Assembly: GCA_045655185.1 (NCBI GenBank)
Contig: JAZOOS010000034.1
Span: 8,493 to 72,492 of the forward strand
From: Eubacteriales bacterium
Lineage (GTDB): Bacteria > Bacillota > Clostridia > Oscillospirales > CAG-272
Length of the DNA: 64,000 nucleotides
Direction: 5' to 3'
The position numbers and the translations under genes were made by a program. The notes under the pieces are model-generated. The model worked only from the letters and a program-made list of their open reading frames with translations. It did not search any database and had not been told where the DNA came from. Every line of letters starts with the position of its first letter. The first letter of the stretch is position 1. Shown here piece after piece: positions 1 through 9,163 of this stretch.

Positions 1-959
1 TTACGCATACGAAGATGTGTACGCCCGCATTTGCAGGGCTCGTAGTTTAAGGAGCAGATGTCACGCGTACGGTAACGGATGACAGGGAATCCCTCTTTCG
101 AAATCGTCGTGAAGACCAGCTCGCCTGTGCTTCCCTCGGGAAGCACGTCGCCCGTGTCGGGGTCGATGATCTCGGGAATAAAATGATCCTCCCACACGTG
201 CATGCCGCATTGGTATTCGCATTCGCAGGAAACACCCGGCCCCAAGATTTCGGAAAGCCCGTAGATATCGTAAGCCTTGATACCCAGCTTTTCTTCGATC
301 TCGCGGCGCATGCTTTCGCTCCACGGCTCGGCCCCAAAAATACCGACCTTTAAGGAAAGCTGATCGCGGACGCCCATCTTTTCGACCTCCTCGGCAAGGT
401 ACATCGCGTACGAGGGGGTACAACAGATCGCGGTTGCACGGAAATCGATCATCGTCTGAATCTGAAGGGCGGTGTTGCCCGAGGAGATCGGAATGACGGT
501 AGCCCCGATCTTTTCGGCTCCCGCATGCAGTCCAAAGCCACCCGTGAACAGCCCGTAGCCGAAGGATACCTGGAAGATATCGTCCTTCCCGAGGCCGATG
601 GCCGTCAGCATTCTCCCTACGCACTCGCTCCACATATCGAGGTCGTTTTCGGTATACCCAACGACGATGCGCTTACCCGTCGTGCCGCTGGAGGCGTGTA
701 CGCGTACGATGTTTTCAAGCGGCTCGGCAAAAAGGCCGTAGGGGTAGTAGTCGCGAAGATCCTTCTTGTAAGCGAAGGGAAGCTTGTAAAGGTCCTCGAC
801 CCCGTGGATATCGTCGGGGGTAAGGCCTTTTTCATCCATACGAAGGCGGAAGCATTCGACCCGCTCGTACATTCTTTTGACCTGCGCGCAAAGGCGCTCG
901 CTTTGCAGCTTTTTGAGCTCCCGGCGCGGCATTTTTTCAATTTCCGGTGATCTATGCAT
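1..959 (-). CDS. paaK: phenylacetate-CoA ligase (PaaK family); C-terminus runs off the left edge
   Basis: Not in the ORF track because there is no stop in the window. Manual minus-strand translation from the ATG at 959 gives [23 protein letters not shown]...[24 protein letters not shown]...[13 protein letters not shown]...[11 protein letters not shown]. It has an SSGTTGK adenylation motif and PaaK-like layout. It starts 12 nt after the upstream gene. Confidence 0.85.
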   Translation of the reverse strand, partial: MHRSPEIEKMPRRELKKLQSERLCAQVKRMYERVECFRLRMDEKGLTPDDIHGVEDLYKLPFAYKKDLRDYYPYGLFAEPLENIVRVHASSGTTGKRIVVGYTENDLDMWSECVGRMLTAIGLGKDDIFQVSFGYGLFTGGFGLHAGAEKIGATVIPISSGNTALQIQTMIDFRATAICCTPSYAMYLAEEVEKMGVRDQLSLKVGIFGAEPWSESMRREIEEKLGIKAYDIYGLSEILGPGVSCECEYQCGMHVWEDHFIPEIIDPDTGDVLPEGSTGELVFTTISKEGFPVIRYRTRDICSLNYEPCKCGRTHLRMR

Positions 960-971
960 GATATTTTGTCC

Positions 972-1643
972 TTATTTTTGAGTCTTTTTTCGGTTCCCAA
1001 GGCTTAAAATGATCCCAAGCACCACCGAAAGGGCGGCCGCCATAATGACCTGATATTGCGAAGGAAGCAAGAAGGTCACGGTATGGGCGGGGATCCAGAA
1101 AAGCGGCACGGTTTTCAAAATGGTAAAACCTGCAAAGCGTGACCAGTCAACCGTTTTCATAACCGTAGAAAGGCCGGCCCCCTCGCCCTTGGCGCGAAGC
1201 TCCAAGAAGGTGTCGCTGATCTTATGCACGGCCATAAAGGTGGGGCCGAAGGTCGTGTTCATCAATACACTCGTATAAAGGGCGCGTAAAAACGTGCTGT
1301 CCCCACCGGGAAGCAGGCCGCTTGCCATTAAGGAAACGGCGGCCGCCGAATAGACCTTCATCATCAGCGTGATCCAAACACCGATCACGCCCCAGATCAG
1401 AAAGCGCGCAACGATCTTCGGGGGAAGGGAAGGCTTTCCCGTCGCGATATACGCGGCGATCAGCTCGCCCGCCGTGGCTAAAACAGCAAATTTCAAAAAG
1501 CCCATCGGGAAAGGATGATTGGCCGAAAGCGAACCGAATCCTTCGCGCGTTGCGGGGATGCAGAGAATAACGGTAAACGAAAGGAGCGAGATCGCGATAT
1601 AGGCAAGAATGCCCCATTTTTTCAGCGCATCGCGGTTATCCAT
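972..1643 (-). CDS. polytopic membrane protein of unknown function, embedded in the ior/paaK operon
   Basis: 223-aa ORF with several hydrophobic segments. Gaps to iorB and paaK are 12-14 nt on the same strand. Confidence 0.6.
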   Translation of the reverse strand: MDNRDALKKWGILAYIAISLLSFTVILCIPATREGFGSLSANHPFPMGFLKFAVLATAGELIAAYIATGKPSLPPKIVARFLIWGVIGVWITLMMKVYSAAAVSLMASGLLPGGDSTFLRALYTSVLMNTTFGPTFMAVHKISDTFLELRAKGEGAGLSTVMKTVDWSRFAGFTILKTVPLFWIPAHTVTFLLPSQYQVIMAAALSVVLGIILSLGNRKKTQK

Positions 1644-1657
1644 AAGAGGATCCCTCC

Positions 1658-2227
1658 TTATTTATGGTTGTAGCCCAATTCAAAGGCGGCAAGATTCAGC
1701 TCCAAGAACTTCGGGGGAACCGTTTCTCTTATCACACGGAGAAACACTTCCTTATCGATCTCGGAAGCGGCGGCCAAAACGCCGATAAGCACGACGTTTA
1801 CCGCCTTCGGGGAGCCGACCGAAAGGCTTAACGCCGTCGCGTCGATCGCCGTTACATCACAAAGAGACGAAAGCGCTTCAACGATCCCTTCGGGATATTC
1901 GGCCGCCCCCGTGATGACAGGCATCGGGGAGATAGCGTGATCGTTAAGAATGATCTTTCCGCCTTTTTTGAGGTAGGGAAGGGCGCGCAGCGCTTCCAGC
2001 CGCTCAAAGGCCAGAATGATATCGGCCTCCCCCTTATCGATGATGGGGGAATTGACCTTTTCGCCGTAGCGAACGTAGGTAACAACGCTTCCGCCCCGCT
2101 GGCTCATTCCGTGAACCTCGGAGACCTTGACGTCATACCCCTCGCTGATAACGGCGTTTCCAAGAATGCGGCTGGCAAGCAGGGTGCCCTGCCCACCGAC
2201 GCCGACGATCATAATATTCTTCGTCAT
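1658..2227 (-). CDS. iorB: indolepyruvate:ferredoxin oxidoreductase subunit beta
   Basis: MTKNIMIVGVGGQGTLLASRILG N-terminus. The ATG at 2227 lies 1 nt after the iorA TAA stop, with an AGGAGG inside the iorA 3' end. The longer track ORF start would overlap iorA. Confidence 0.85.
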   Translation of the reverse strand: MTKNIMIVGVGGQGTLLASRILGNAVISEGYDVKVSEVHGMSQRGGSVVTYVRYGEKVNSPIIDKGEADIILAFERLEALRALPYLKKGGKIILNDHAISPMPVITGAAEYPEGIVEALSSLCDVTAIDATALSLSVGSPKAVNVVLIGVLAAASEIDKEVFLRVIRETVPPKFLELNLAAFELGYNHK

Positions 2228-2228
2228 C

Positions 2229-3965
2229 TTATGCATCCTCCTTGCTAATAGCCTTAAAGGGGCATACCCCAAGGCAAAGCCCGCAGCCGTTGCATTGCGT
2301 TTGATCGATCTTAGCCTTGCCGTTTTCAAATACAATGGCGGGGCAGCCAAGCTTCATGCACTTTTTGCAGCCGCGGCAGGCGTCTTCGTCTACCTTGCAA
2401 TGACCGCTGTACTTCACAGTCTTTAAAAGGGCGCAGGGGCGTTGTGCGATAATGACCGAGGGCTCGTCAACCGCGATCTCTTCCTTGACCGCCTTTTCAA
2501 AGCCGACAAGATCAAAGGGATCCTCTACGCGTACGCGATCGACCCCAACAGCGCGGCAAAGCGCTACAAGGTCAACCTGCTTGGTCGGCTCACGGCGAAT
2601 GGTAAAGCCGGTGGTCGGGTTATCCTGATGCCCCGTCATACCGGTGATCGAGTTATCGAGAATGATGATTGTGTGATTGCCCTTGTTGTATACCGTATCA
2701 ATAAGACCGGTGATACCCGAATGGATAAAGGTCGAATCCCCGATGACCGAAACGACCTGCTTGGCAAAATCAAGGCCTCTGGCCTTGACCATACCGTGTG
2801 CGGCGCTGATCGAGGCGCCCATGCAGATGGTGGTGTCGACCGAGGAAAGTGGGGCGACCGCGCCTAAGGTGTAGCAGCCGATATCACCCGATACCGTAAG
2901 ACCAAGCTTTGAAAGCACATAGAAGGTGCCGCGGTGCGGGCAACCCGCGCACATGACCGGCGGGCGGGCAGGGCTCGGCTTATCGGTGGAAAGCTTTTCA
3001 AGCGTTTCCCCAAGCACGACCTCTTTGATCATATTCTGGCTATATTCGCCAAGAAGAGTAAAGTATTCTTTGCCTTTAACCGAAATTCCAAGCGATTTTA
3101 CGAAGGTTTCAATAAAACCGTCCAGCTCTTCGATGACGTACAGCTCATCGACCGAAGCGGCGAATTCACGGATCTTTTCCTCGGGCAGGGGGTAGACCAT
3201 ACCGAGCTTTAAGTAATTGACCGCATCGCCCAGCGCCTCCTTGGCGTAGGTGTAGGTAACGCCCGCGGTGATAACACCAACCTTTTTGCCGTTATCCTCA
3301 ATGCGGTTAAGCGGCGTGATGTCGGCAAGCTCTGAAAGGGCCAGCTGGCGCTTTTCGACCTCTACGTGGCGTAGCACGGCGTTGGCGGGCATCATAACGT
3401 TCTTGCGGATATTTTTCTCGTAGGGCTTCAATTCGACCTCTTCGGGATCGCAAAGCTCCACAAGGCTCTGCGAGTGAGAAACTCTTGTCGAAAGGCGAAT
3501 GAATACGGGGGTATCGTAGGTTTCACTCAGCGAGAAGGCCAGCTTGGTGAATTCCTTGCATTCCATAGAATCCGAGGGCTCCAGCATCGGGATCTTGGCG
3601 GCCATGGCGTAATGGCGCGAATCCTGCTCGTTTTGCGAGGAGTGCATACCGGGGTCGTCTGCCACGCAGAACACAAGACCCGCGTTAGCGCCGATATAGC
3701 TGACGGTGAAGACCGGGTCGGCCATTACGTTAAGGCCGACGTGCTTCATACAGCTCATCGCGCGCCCACCGGCGATCGAGGCGCCGATAGCCACCTCGCC
3801 CGCCACCTTTTCATTGGGGGCCCACTCTACGTAAATATCGGGATATTCCACCACCGATTCGGTGATCTCGGTGCTGGGGGTCCCGGGGTAGGAGGAAACG
3901 ACGCGGCAGCCCGCCTCATAGGCACCTCTGGCTACGGCCGCGTTTCCGATCATAAGCTTTTTCAT
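2229..3965 (-). CDS. iorA: indolepyruvate:ferredoxin oxidoreductase subunit alpha (TPP-binding, C-terminal 2x[4Fe-4S] domain)
   Basis: 578 aa. TPP-type GDSTFIHSG motif and a C-terminal CRGCKKCMKLGCP...CNGCGLCLGVCP ferredoxin domain. Confidence 0.9.
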   Translation of the reverse strand: MKKLMIGNAAVARGAYEAGCRVVSSYPGTPSTEITESVVEYPDIYVEWAPNEKVAGEVAIGASIAGGRAMSCMKHVGLNVMADPVFTVSYIGANAGLVFCVADDPGMHSSQNEQDSRHYAMAAKIPMLEPSDSMECKEFTKLAFSLSETYDTPVFIRLSTRVSHSQSLVELCDPEEVELKPYEKNIRKNVMMPANAVLRHVEVEKRQLALSELADITPLNRIEDNGKKVGVITAGVTYTYAKEALGDAVNYLKLGMVYPLPEEKIREFAASVDELYVIEELDGFIETFVKSLGISVKGKEYFTLLGEYSQNMIKEVVLGETLEKLSTDKPSPARPPVMCAGCPHRGTFYVLSKLGLTVSGDIGCYTLGAVAPLSSVDTTICMGASISAAHGMVKARGLDFAKQVVSVIGDSTFIHSGITGLIDTVYNKGNHTIIILDNSITGMTGHQDNPTTGFTIRREPTKQVDLVALCRAVGVDRVRVEDPFDLVGFEKAVKEEIAVDEPSVIIAQRPCALLKTVKYSGHCKVDEDACRGCKKCMKLGCPAIVFENGKAKIDQTQCNGCGLCLGVCPFKAISKEDA

Positions 3966-3979
3966 ATTTTCGTTACTCC

Positions 3980-5614
3980 TTACAGCTCGTTTTCTTTTGC
4001 CACAAGCCCGTCAACGCTATAAAGCTTGCGAAGCTTCGGCTTTTCGATCTTGCCCGTGGGGTTACGGGGAACCTCGGCAAAAATAACCTTGCGGGGGCGT
4101 TTGTAGCGGGGCAGGTCAAGACAGAAGCCCATAACCTGTTCCTCGGTGAGGGTATGACCCTCTTTTACCTGTACGATCGCGGCCGAGATCTCGCCAAGAC
4201 GGCGGTCGGGAAGCCCGATGACCGCAACGTCCGAGATCGAATCGTGGCGGCGCAGATAATCCTCGATCTGCACGGGGTAAATGTTTTCACCGCCCGAAAT
4301 GATCACGTCCTTCTTTCGGTCAACGAGGTAGATAAAGCCGTCCTTATCCTCGGTGGCCATATCGCCGGTAAAGAGCCAGCCGTCCTCTAAAATTTCGCGG
4401 GTGGCCTCTTCGTCCTTGTAATAGCAGGTCATCACGCCGTCACCCTTGACCGCCAGCTCTCCGACCTCTCCTCTTTCAACGGGGCGTCGATGCTCGTCAA
4501 CGATCATGGTCTGCCAGCCGTAGCCCGCTTTTCCGATCGCGCCCACACGGTCGATGTTCTCGATGCCGAGATGCACGCAGCCGGGGCCAATCGATTCGCT
4601 AAGGCCGTAGTTGGTGTCGTAATCGTGCTTGGGGAAAATCGCTTTCCAACGGCGGATCAGACTGGGAGGAACCGGTTGAGCGCCGATATGCATCAGCCGC
4701 CAAGCGGAGAGATCGTATTTCGAAAGATCAATATCCCCGCGGTCGATTGCGTCGAGAATATCCTGCGCCCACGGCACCAAAAGCCAGACGATGCTGCAAT
4801 TTTCCTCGGCGGCCGCTTTAATGATCCACTCGGGCTCGGTTCCCTTTAAAAGAACCGCCTTGCCGCCGACCATCAGGCTGCCGAACCAGTGCATTTTGGC
4901 GCCGGTGTGATAAAGCGGTGGGATGCAAAGAAAAACGTCGTCCTTGGTTTGACCGTGGTGGTTTTGCTCCACTCTTGCGGCGTGCATAAGGCTTCTGTGC
5001 TTATGTAGGATCGCCTTCGGGAAGCCGGTCGTGCCCGAGGAGAAATAGATTGCGGCGTCATCGTCGTCGCAAAGCGAGATCTTCGGCGTATGCGAAGAGC
5101 AGTAGGTGACCAGCTTATCGTAGCTTTCGGCGTAAGCGGGGCAATCCTCGCCCGCATAGATCCACATTTTAATCGCCCGTACCTTGTGGCAGATGCTTTC
5201 CACACGTCCGACGAATTCGGGCCCGAAAACGATGTATTCGGCGTCTGCTTTATCAAGGCAATACGCAATCTCCTCGGCCGTATAGCGGAAATTCAGCGGG
5301 ACGGCGATTGCCCCCGCCTTTAAGATCCCGAAATAAATCGGCAGCCATTCAAGGCAGTTCATCAAAAGGATCGCGACCTTCTCTCCCTTTTTGATCCCGC
5401 GGGACAAAAGCAAGTTCGCAAAGCGGTTGGCGTGCTTCTGGAATTCCTTCCAAGTCAGCTCGTGCCGATAGGATTCGGCCGCCGTTGCTTGCATCAGGGA
5501 AAATTCGCGCCAGGTCATGTTCTTGTTGTTTTCAAGCTTGGGGTTGATCTCTACCAAACTAACGTCGTTTGGGTAGAAATCCGCGTTTTTGGTAAGAATG
5601 TCGGTAATGGGCAT
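3980..5614 (-). CDS. AMP-dependent acyl-CoA synthetase/ligase (class I adenylate-forming)
   Basis: 544 aa. Motifs FSSGTTGFPKAILHKH, YGLSE, TGD and a GKIxK tail. First gene of the ior operon. Confidence 0.85.
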   Translation of the reverse strand: MPITDILTKNADFYPNDVSLVEINPKLENNKNMTWREFSLMQATAAESYRHELTWKEFQKHANRFANLLLSRGIKKGEKVAILLMNCLEWLPIYFGILKAGAIAVPLNFRYTAEEIAYCLDKADAEYIVFGPEFVGRVESICHKVRAIKMWIYAGEDCPAYAESYDKLVTYCSSHTPKISLCDDDDAAIYFSSGTTGFPKAILHKHRSLMHAARVEQNHHGQTKDDVFLCIPPLYHTGAKMHWFGSLMVGGKAVLLKGTEPEWIIKAAAEENCSIVWLLVPWAQDILDAIDRGDIDLSKYDLSAWRLMHIGAQPVPPSLIRRWKAIFPKHDYDTNYGLSESIGPGCVHLGIENIDRVGAIGKAGYGWQTMIVDEHRRPVERGEVGELAVKGDGVMTCYYKDEEATREILEDGWLFTGDMATEDKDGFIYLVDRKKDVIISGGENIYPVQIEDYLRRHDSISDVAVIGLPDRRLGEISAAIVQVKEGHTLTEEQVMGFCLDLPRYKRPRKVIFAEVPRNPTGKIEKPKLRKLYSVDGLVAKENEL

Positions 5615-5742
5615 TTTGCGTATCCTTTCACCGTAAAGTGCAGTATTATTTTATAATTATACAATATATTTTTTTATATGGCAAGCGGTTTTTTCGGTTT
5701 TTTCAAATAAATAAGCGCATTTTTGGAGAAAAAAGCAAAAAA

Positions 5743-5770
5743 GAACCGAAGAGGGGAGACTCTTCGGCTC
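5743..5770 (-). terminator. rho-independent terminator downstream of the malic enzyme gene
   Basis: Arms GAACCGAAGAG / CTCTTCGGCTC with one mismatch. A T-run follows on the minus strand. Confidence 0.5.
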
Positions 5771-5781
5771 TTTATTTTGTC

Positions 5782-6960
5782 TTAAAGGCGGGCTACGCCG
5801 CTTTCGCGTGCCGCCTTTTTGACCGCCTCGGCAACAACGGGGGCGACCCGTTTATCAAGTGCCGGGGAGATAATGTTTTCTTCGGTTAACTCTTCCTCGG
5901 GGATCAGCGAAGCCAAAGCGTAAGAGGTTGCCACCTTCATTTCCTCGTTGATGCAAGAGGCGCGGCAATCAAGCGCCCCACGGAAAATGCCGGGGAATGC
6001 CAAAACGTTGTTGATCTGGTTTTTGTAATCCGATCGTCCGGTTCCCACGATGCGGGCCCCTGCGGCCAAAGCGTCCTCGGGCATGATCTCGGGGGTGGGG
6101 TTCGCCATCGGGAAAACGATCGAGTCTTTAGCCATCGAAGCGACCATCTCGCGGCTGACGATCAGGGGTGCCGAAACGCCGATAAAGACGTCTGCGCCCT
6201 TCATGGCGTCGGTAAGGTTACCCCGCAAAAGCTCTTTGTTGGTCAGCAACGCGATCTCACGGTGAGCGGGGGAGAGGTTTTCGTCGTCGCGGCTGATGAT
6301 CCCGAAGCGGTCGACCATGATAAGATCTTCAACGCCCATCGCCAAAAGATGCTTACCGATCGCGCAACCGGCAGAGCCCGCGCCGTTGATCACCACGCGC
6401 GCCTTACCGATCTCCTTCTTCACGATCTTCAAGGCGTTAAGAAGCGCCGCCGCCACCACGATCGCGGTGCCGTGCTGATCGTCGTGAAAGATCGGAATGT
6501 CGCAAGCCGCTTGCAGCTTCTTTTCGATCTCAAAGCAACGGGGGGCGCTGATATCCTCAAGGTTTACCCCGCCGAAGCTGCCGCTGATCAGGGAGATCGT
6601 ACGCACGATCTCGTCGGGATCCTTTGAATTGACACAAAGCGGAAAAGCGTCAACGTCGGCAAACTCTTTAAAGAGGGCGCATTTTCCTTCCATGACCGGC
6701 ATACCCGCCAAAGGACCGATGTCGCCAAGACCTAAAACGGCGGTTCCGTCTGTAATAACGGCGACAAGATTGCTTCTTCTCGTTAAAAGATAGGATTTGT
6801 CGGGATCCTTTTCAATTTCAAGGCAGGGCTCGGCGACGCCGGGGGTATAGGCCAGGGAAAGATCCTTGCGGTCATTGATCTTGCAGCGGGAGATGACCTC
6901 GATCTTCCCCTGCCACTCGTAATGCTTCTTCAGCGATTCCTCGCGGATGCTTTCTTTCAT
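5782..6960 (-). CDS. NAD(P)-dependent malic enzyme (short form)
   Basis: 392 aa. Motifs LSLAYTPGVA, VAVITDGTAVLGLGDIG, FGGVNLEDI and VINGAGSAG. Confidence 0.85.
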   Translation of the reverse strand: MKESIREESLKKHYEWQGKIEVISRCKINDRKDLSLAYTPGVAEPCLEIEKDPDKSYLLTRRSNLVAVITDGTAVLGLGDIGPLAGMPVMEGKCALFKEFADVDAFPLCVNSKDPDEIVRTISLISGSFGGVNLEDISAPRCFEIEKKLQAACDIPIFHDDQHGTAIVVAAALLNALKIVKKEIGKARVVINGAGSAGCAIGKHLLAMGVEDLIMVDRFGIISRDDENLSPAHREIALLTNKELLRGNLTDAMKGADVFIGVSAPLIVSREMVASMAKDSIVFPMANPTPEIMPEDALAAGARIVGTGRSDYKNQINNVLAFPGIFRGALDCRASCINEEMKVATSYALASLIPEEELTEENIISPALDKRVAPVVAEAVKKAARESGVARL

Positions 6961-7002
6961 ATCGTTTCTCCTTTTTGAAAAATAATTTTAATTTGAAGGG
7001 GC

Positions 7003-8394
7003 TTATACCATATCCTCGGGTCTTACGAATTTTTCGTATTCCTCTTCGCTAAGGAGAGAAAGGCGTAAGCAGGCTTCCTTCAACGAAAGCCCTTCGGTAT
7101 GCGCGAGCCGCGCGGCCTTGGCGGCGTTCTCATATCCGATTTTTGGGGATAAAGCCGTCACTAACATCAACGAATTGTAAAGGTTACTTTTCATCTTCTC
7201 TCGGTCAGCGCGGATGCCGGAAACGCAGTTTTTACGGAAGGAATCCATCGCTTCGGACAAAAGACGAACCGATTGCAAAAAGTTATAGATCAAAACGGGC
7301 ATATAAACGTTTAACTCAAAATTCCCGTTCGCCGCCGCCATGCCTATCGCCGTATCGTTTGCCATAACCTGTACGGCCACCATGGTAAGCGCCTCGCATT
7401 GGGTGGGGTTCACCTTGCCGGGCATGATAGACGAGCCGGGTTCGTTTTCGGGGATCGTGATCTCCGAAAGCCCACAGCGGGGGCCGCTGGCAAGCCAGCG
7501 TACGTCGTTGGCGATCTTGAAAAGATCGGCGGCAAGGGCACGAAGCGCCCCGTGGGCAAAGCAAAGCTCGCTCTTCGAGGTGAGGGCGTGAAATTTGTTT
7601 TCGGCGCTCGTAAAGGGAACGCCCGTTAAGCGAGAGATCTCTTCGGCCACCGCGACGTCAAACCCCTTTGGCGCATTAAGACCCGTACCGACCGCGGTGC
7701 CCCCAAGGGCCAGGGTCGAAAGCGGCGTAAGGCTGCTTTCAATCATCGAAGCGGCGGTTTGCAACGAGGCGCGCCAACCCGAGATCTCTTGCGAGAAGAG
7801 AAGCGGGGTCGCATCCTGCAAATGCGTTCTTCCGATCTTGATCACGTCACGGTTTTCCTCTTCCAAGCGCAAAAGCTCGTCAATAAGCGAAGAAAGCGAG
7901 GGCAAGAGCGTGTTTTTCAGCGCAAGGGTCGCCGCGATATGCATAGCGGTCGGGAAGGTATCGTTGGAGGATTGCGACATATTCACGTCGTCATTGGGGT
8001 GAAGGAGAGGCTTGCCGAGGTGGAAATTGGCGTAATTGGCAATGACCTCGTTCGCGTTCATATTGGTCTGGGTGCCGGAGCCCGTTTGAAAGACAACCAG
8101 GGGAAAATGCTCGTATAGCTTTCCCGAAAGGATACGGTCGCAGGAAAGCGTGATGGCGGTCTTCTTTTCTTCGGTCATTTTATCGGGGCGAAGGCGAGCG
8201 TTGACGATGGCCGAAGCCTTTTTTAAAATACCGAAGGCATAAAGGATTTCACGGGGCATTTGCTCGTGACCCTTGCCAATCTTAAAGTTCCTTCTGCTTC
8301 TTTCGGTCTGCGCTCCCCATAATCTGTCGGCGGCAACCTCAATCTCTCCCATCGAATCGTGTTCGATCCGATAGGTCTCATTTTGTGTATTCAT
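7003..8394 (-). CDS. fumC: class II fumarate hydratase
   Basis: Motifs FQTGSGTQTNMN and GSSIMPGKVNPTQ. The ATG at 8394 follows an AAGGAGAA RBS; the track ORF begins 63 nt further upstream. Confidence 0.9.
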   Translation of the reverse strand: MNTQNETYRIEHDSMGEIEVAADRLWGAQTERSRRNFKIGKGHEQMPREILYAFGILKKASAIVNARLRPDKMTEEKKTAITLSCDRILSGKLYEHFPLVVFQTGSGTQTNMNANEVIANYANFHLGKPLLHPNDDVNMSQSSNDTFPTAMHIAATLALKNTLLPSLSSLIDELLRLEEENRDVIKIGRTHLQDATPLLFSQEISGWRASLQTAASMIESSLTPLSTLALGGTAVGTGLNAPKGFDVAVAEEISRLTGVPFTSAENKFHALTSKSELCFAHGALRALAADLFKIANDVRWLASGPRCGLSEITIPENEPGSSIMPGKVNPTQCEALTMVAVQVMANDTAIGMAAANGNFELNVYMPVLIYNFLQSVRLLSEAMDSFRKNCVSGIRADREKMKSNLYNSLMLVTALSPKIGYENAAKAARLAHTEGLSLKEACLRLSLLSEEEYEKFVRPEDMV

Positions 8395-8577
8395 ACAGCG
8401 TTCTCCTTGCAGAACAAAGCTTTTTTTCATTATATCACTCAATTCCATGTTTTTCAAGAAAAATAGAAGGGAAAATAAAAAAGTTTAAAAAAAATGTTAA
8501 AATATTCGATTTTCCTTAGACAAAGGGTTTATTTTTTGTTATAATAAAATAAATTATGTAAACAAGGAGAAGCGAAG

Positions 8578-8778
8578 ATGGCCATTAAGCTCAATCCCGA
8601 TCAAGAGATCGTAAAAATCGTGAAAGAGGGGCTTAAGGAAAGCGGGGGATACTGTCCCTGCGTCCGAGAGAAAAGCGAGGATACGAAATGCATGTGCCGG
8701 GCGTTCCGCGAGCAGATCAAGGACCCCGAGTTTGAAGACTTTTGCCATTGTATGCTTTATTATAAAACCAAGGATTGA
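8578..8778 (+). CDS. small protein resembling the ferredoxin-thioredoxin reductase catalytic subunit
   Basis: 66 aa with a CPC...CMC...CHC cysteine pattern. AAGGAGAAG RBS. Lies 15 nt upstream of the thioredoxin gene. Confidence 0.6.
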   Translation: MAIKLNPDQEIVKIVKEGLKESGGYCPCVREKSEDTKCMCRAFREQIKDPEFEDFCHCMLYYKTKD

Positions 8779-8793
8779 AGGAGAAACGGTACT

Positions 8794-9102
8794 ATGAAAG
8801 AAATTATAATCACGACCGATAACTTTGAAAAAGAGGTTCTCGAATCGGATAAGCCGATCTTCGTTGATTTTTACGCCGATTGGTGCGGTCCCTGCCGTAT
8901 GCTCGCCCCCATCCTTTCGGAGATCGCCGAGGAAAGAGACGATGTTAAGGTAGGCAAGGTGAACGTTGATTGCGAGGGCGCGCTTGCCGAGGCGTTTGAG
9001 ATCAACAGTATCCCCGCCGTTCTTCTTTTCAAAAACGGAAGACTTTATAAGCAGGCCGTCGGTTACCGTCAGAAGACGCAGCTTTTGGATATGCTGAATT
9101 AA
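8794..9102 (+). CDS. trxA: thioredoxin
   Basis: 102 aa with a WCGPC active site. Confidence 0.9.
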   Translation: MKEIIITTDNFEKEVLESDKPIFVDFYADWCGPCRMLAPILSEIAEERDDVKVGKVNVDCEGALAEAFEINSIPAVLLFKNGRLYKQAVGYRQKTQLLDMLN

Positions 9103-9163
9103 AAGCCGCGATCCCTTTGGCATATTGTTAAAACGAACTTTTGATATAACCTCGGAGGCTTGC

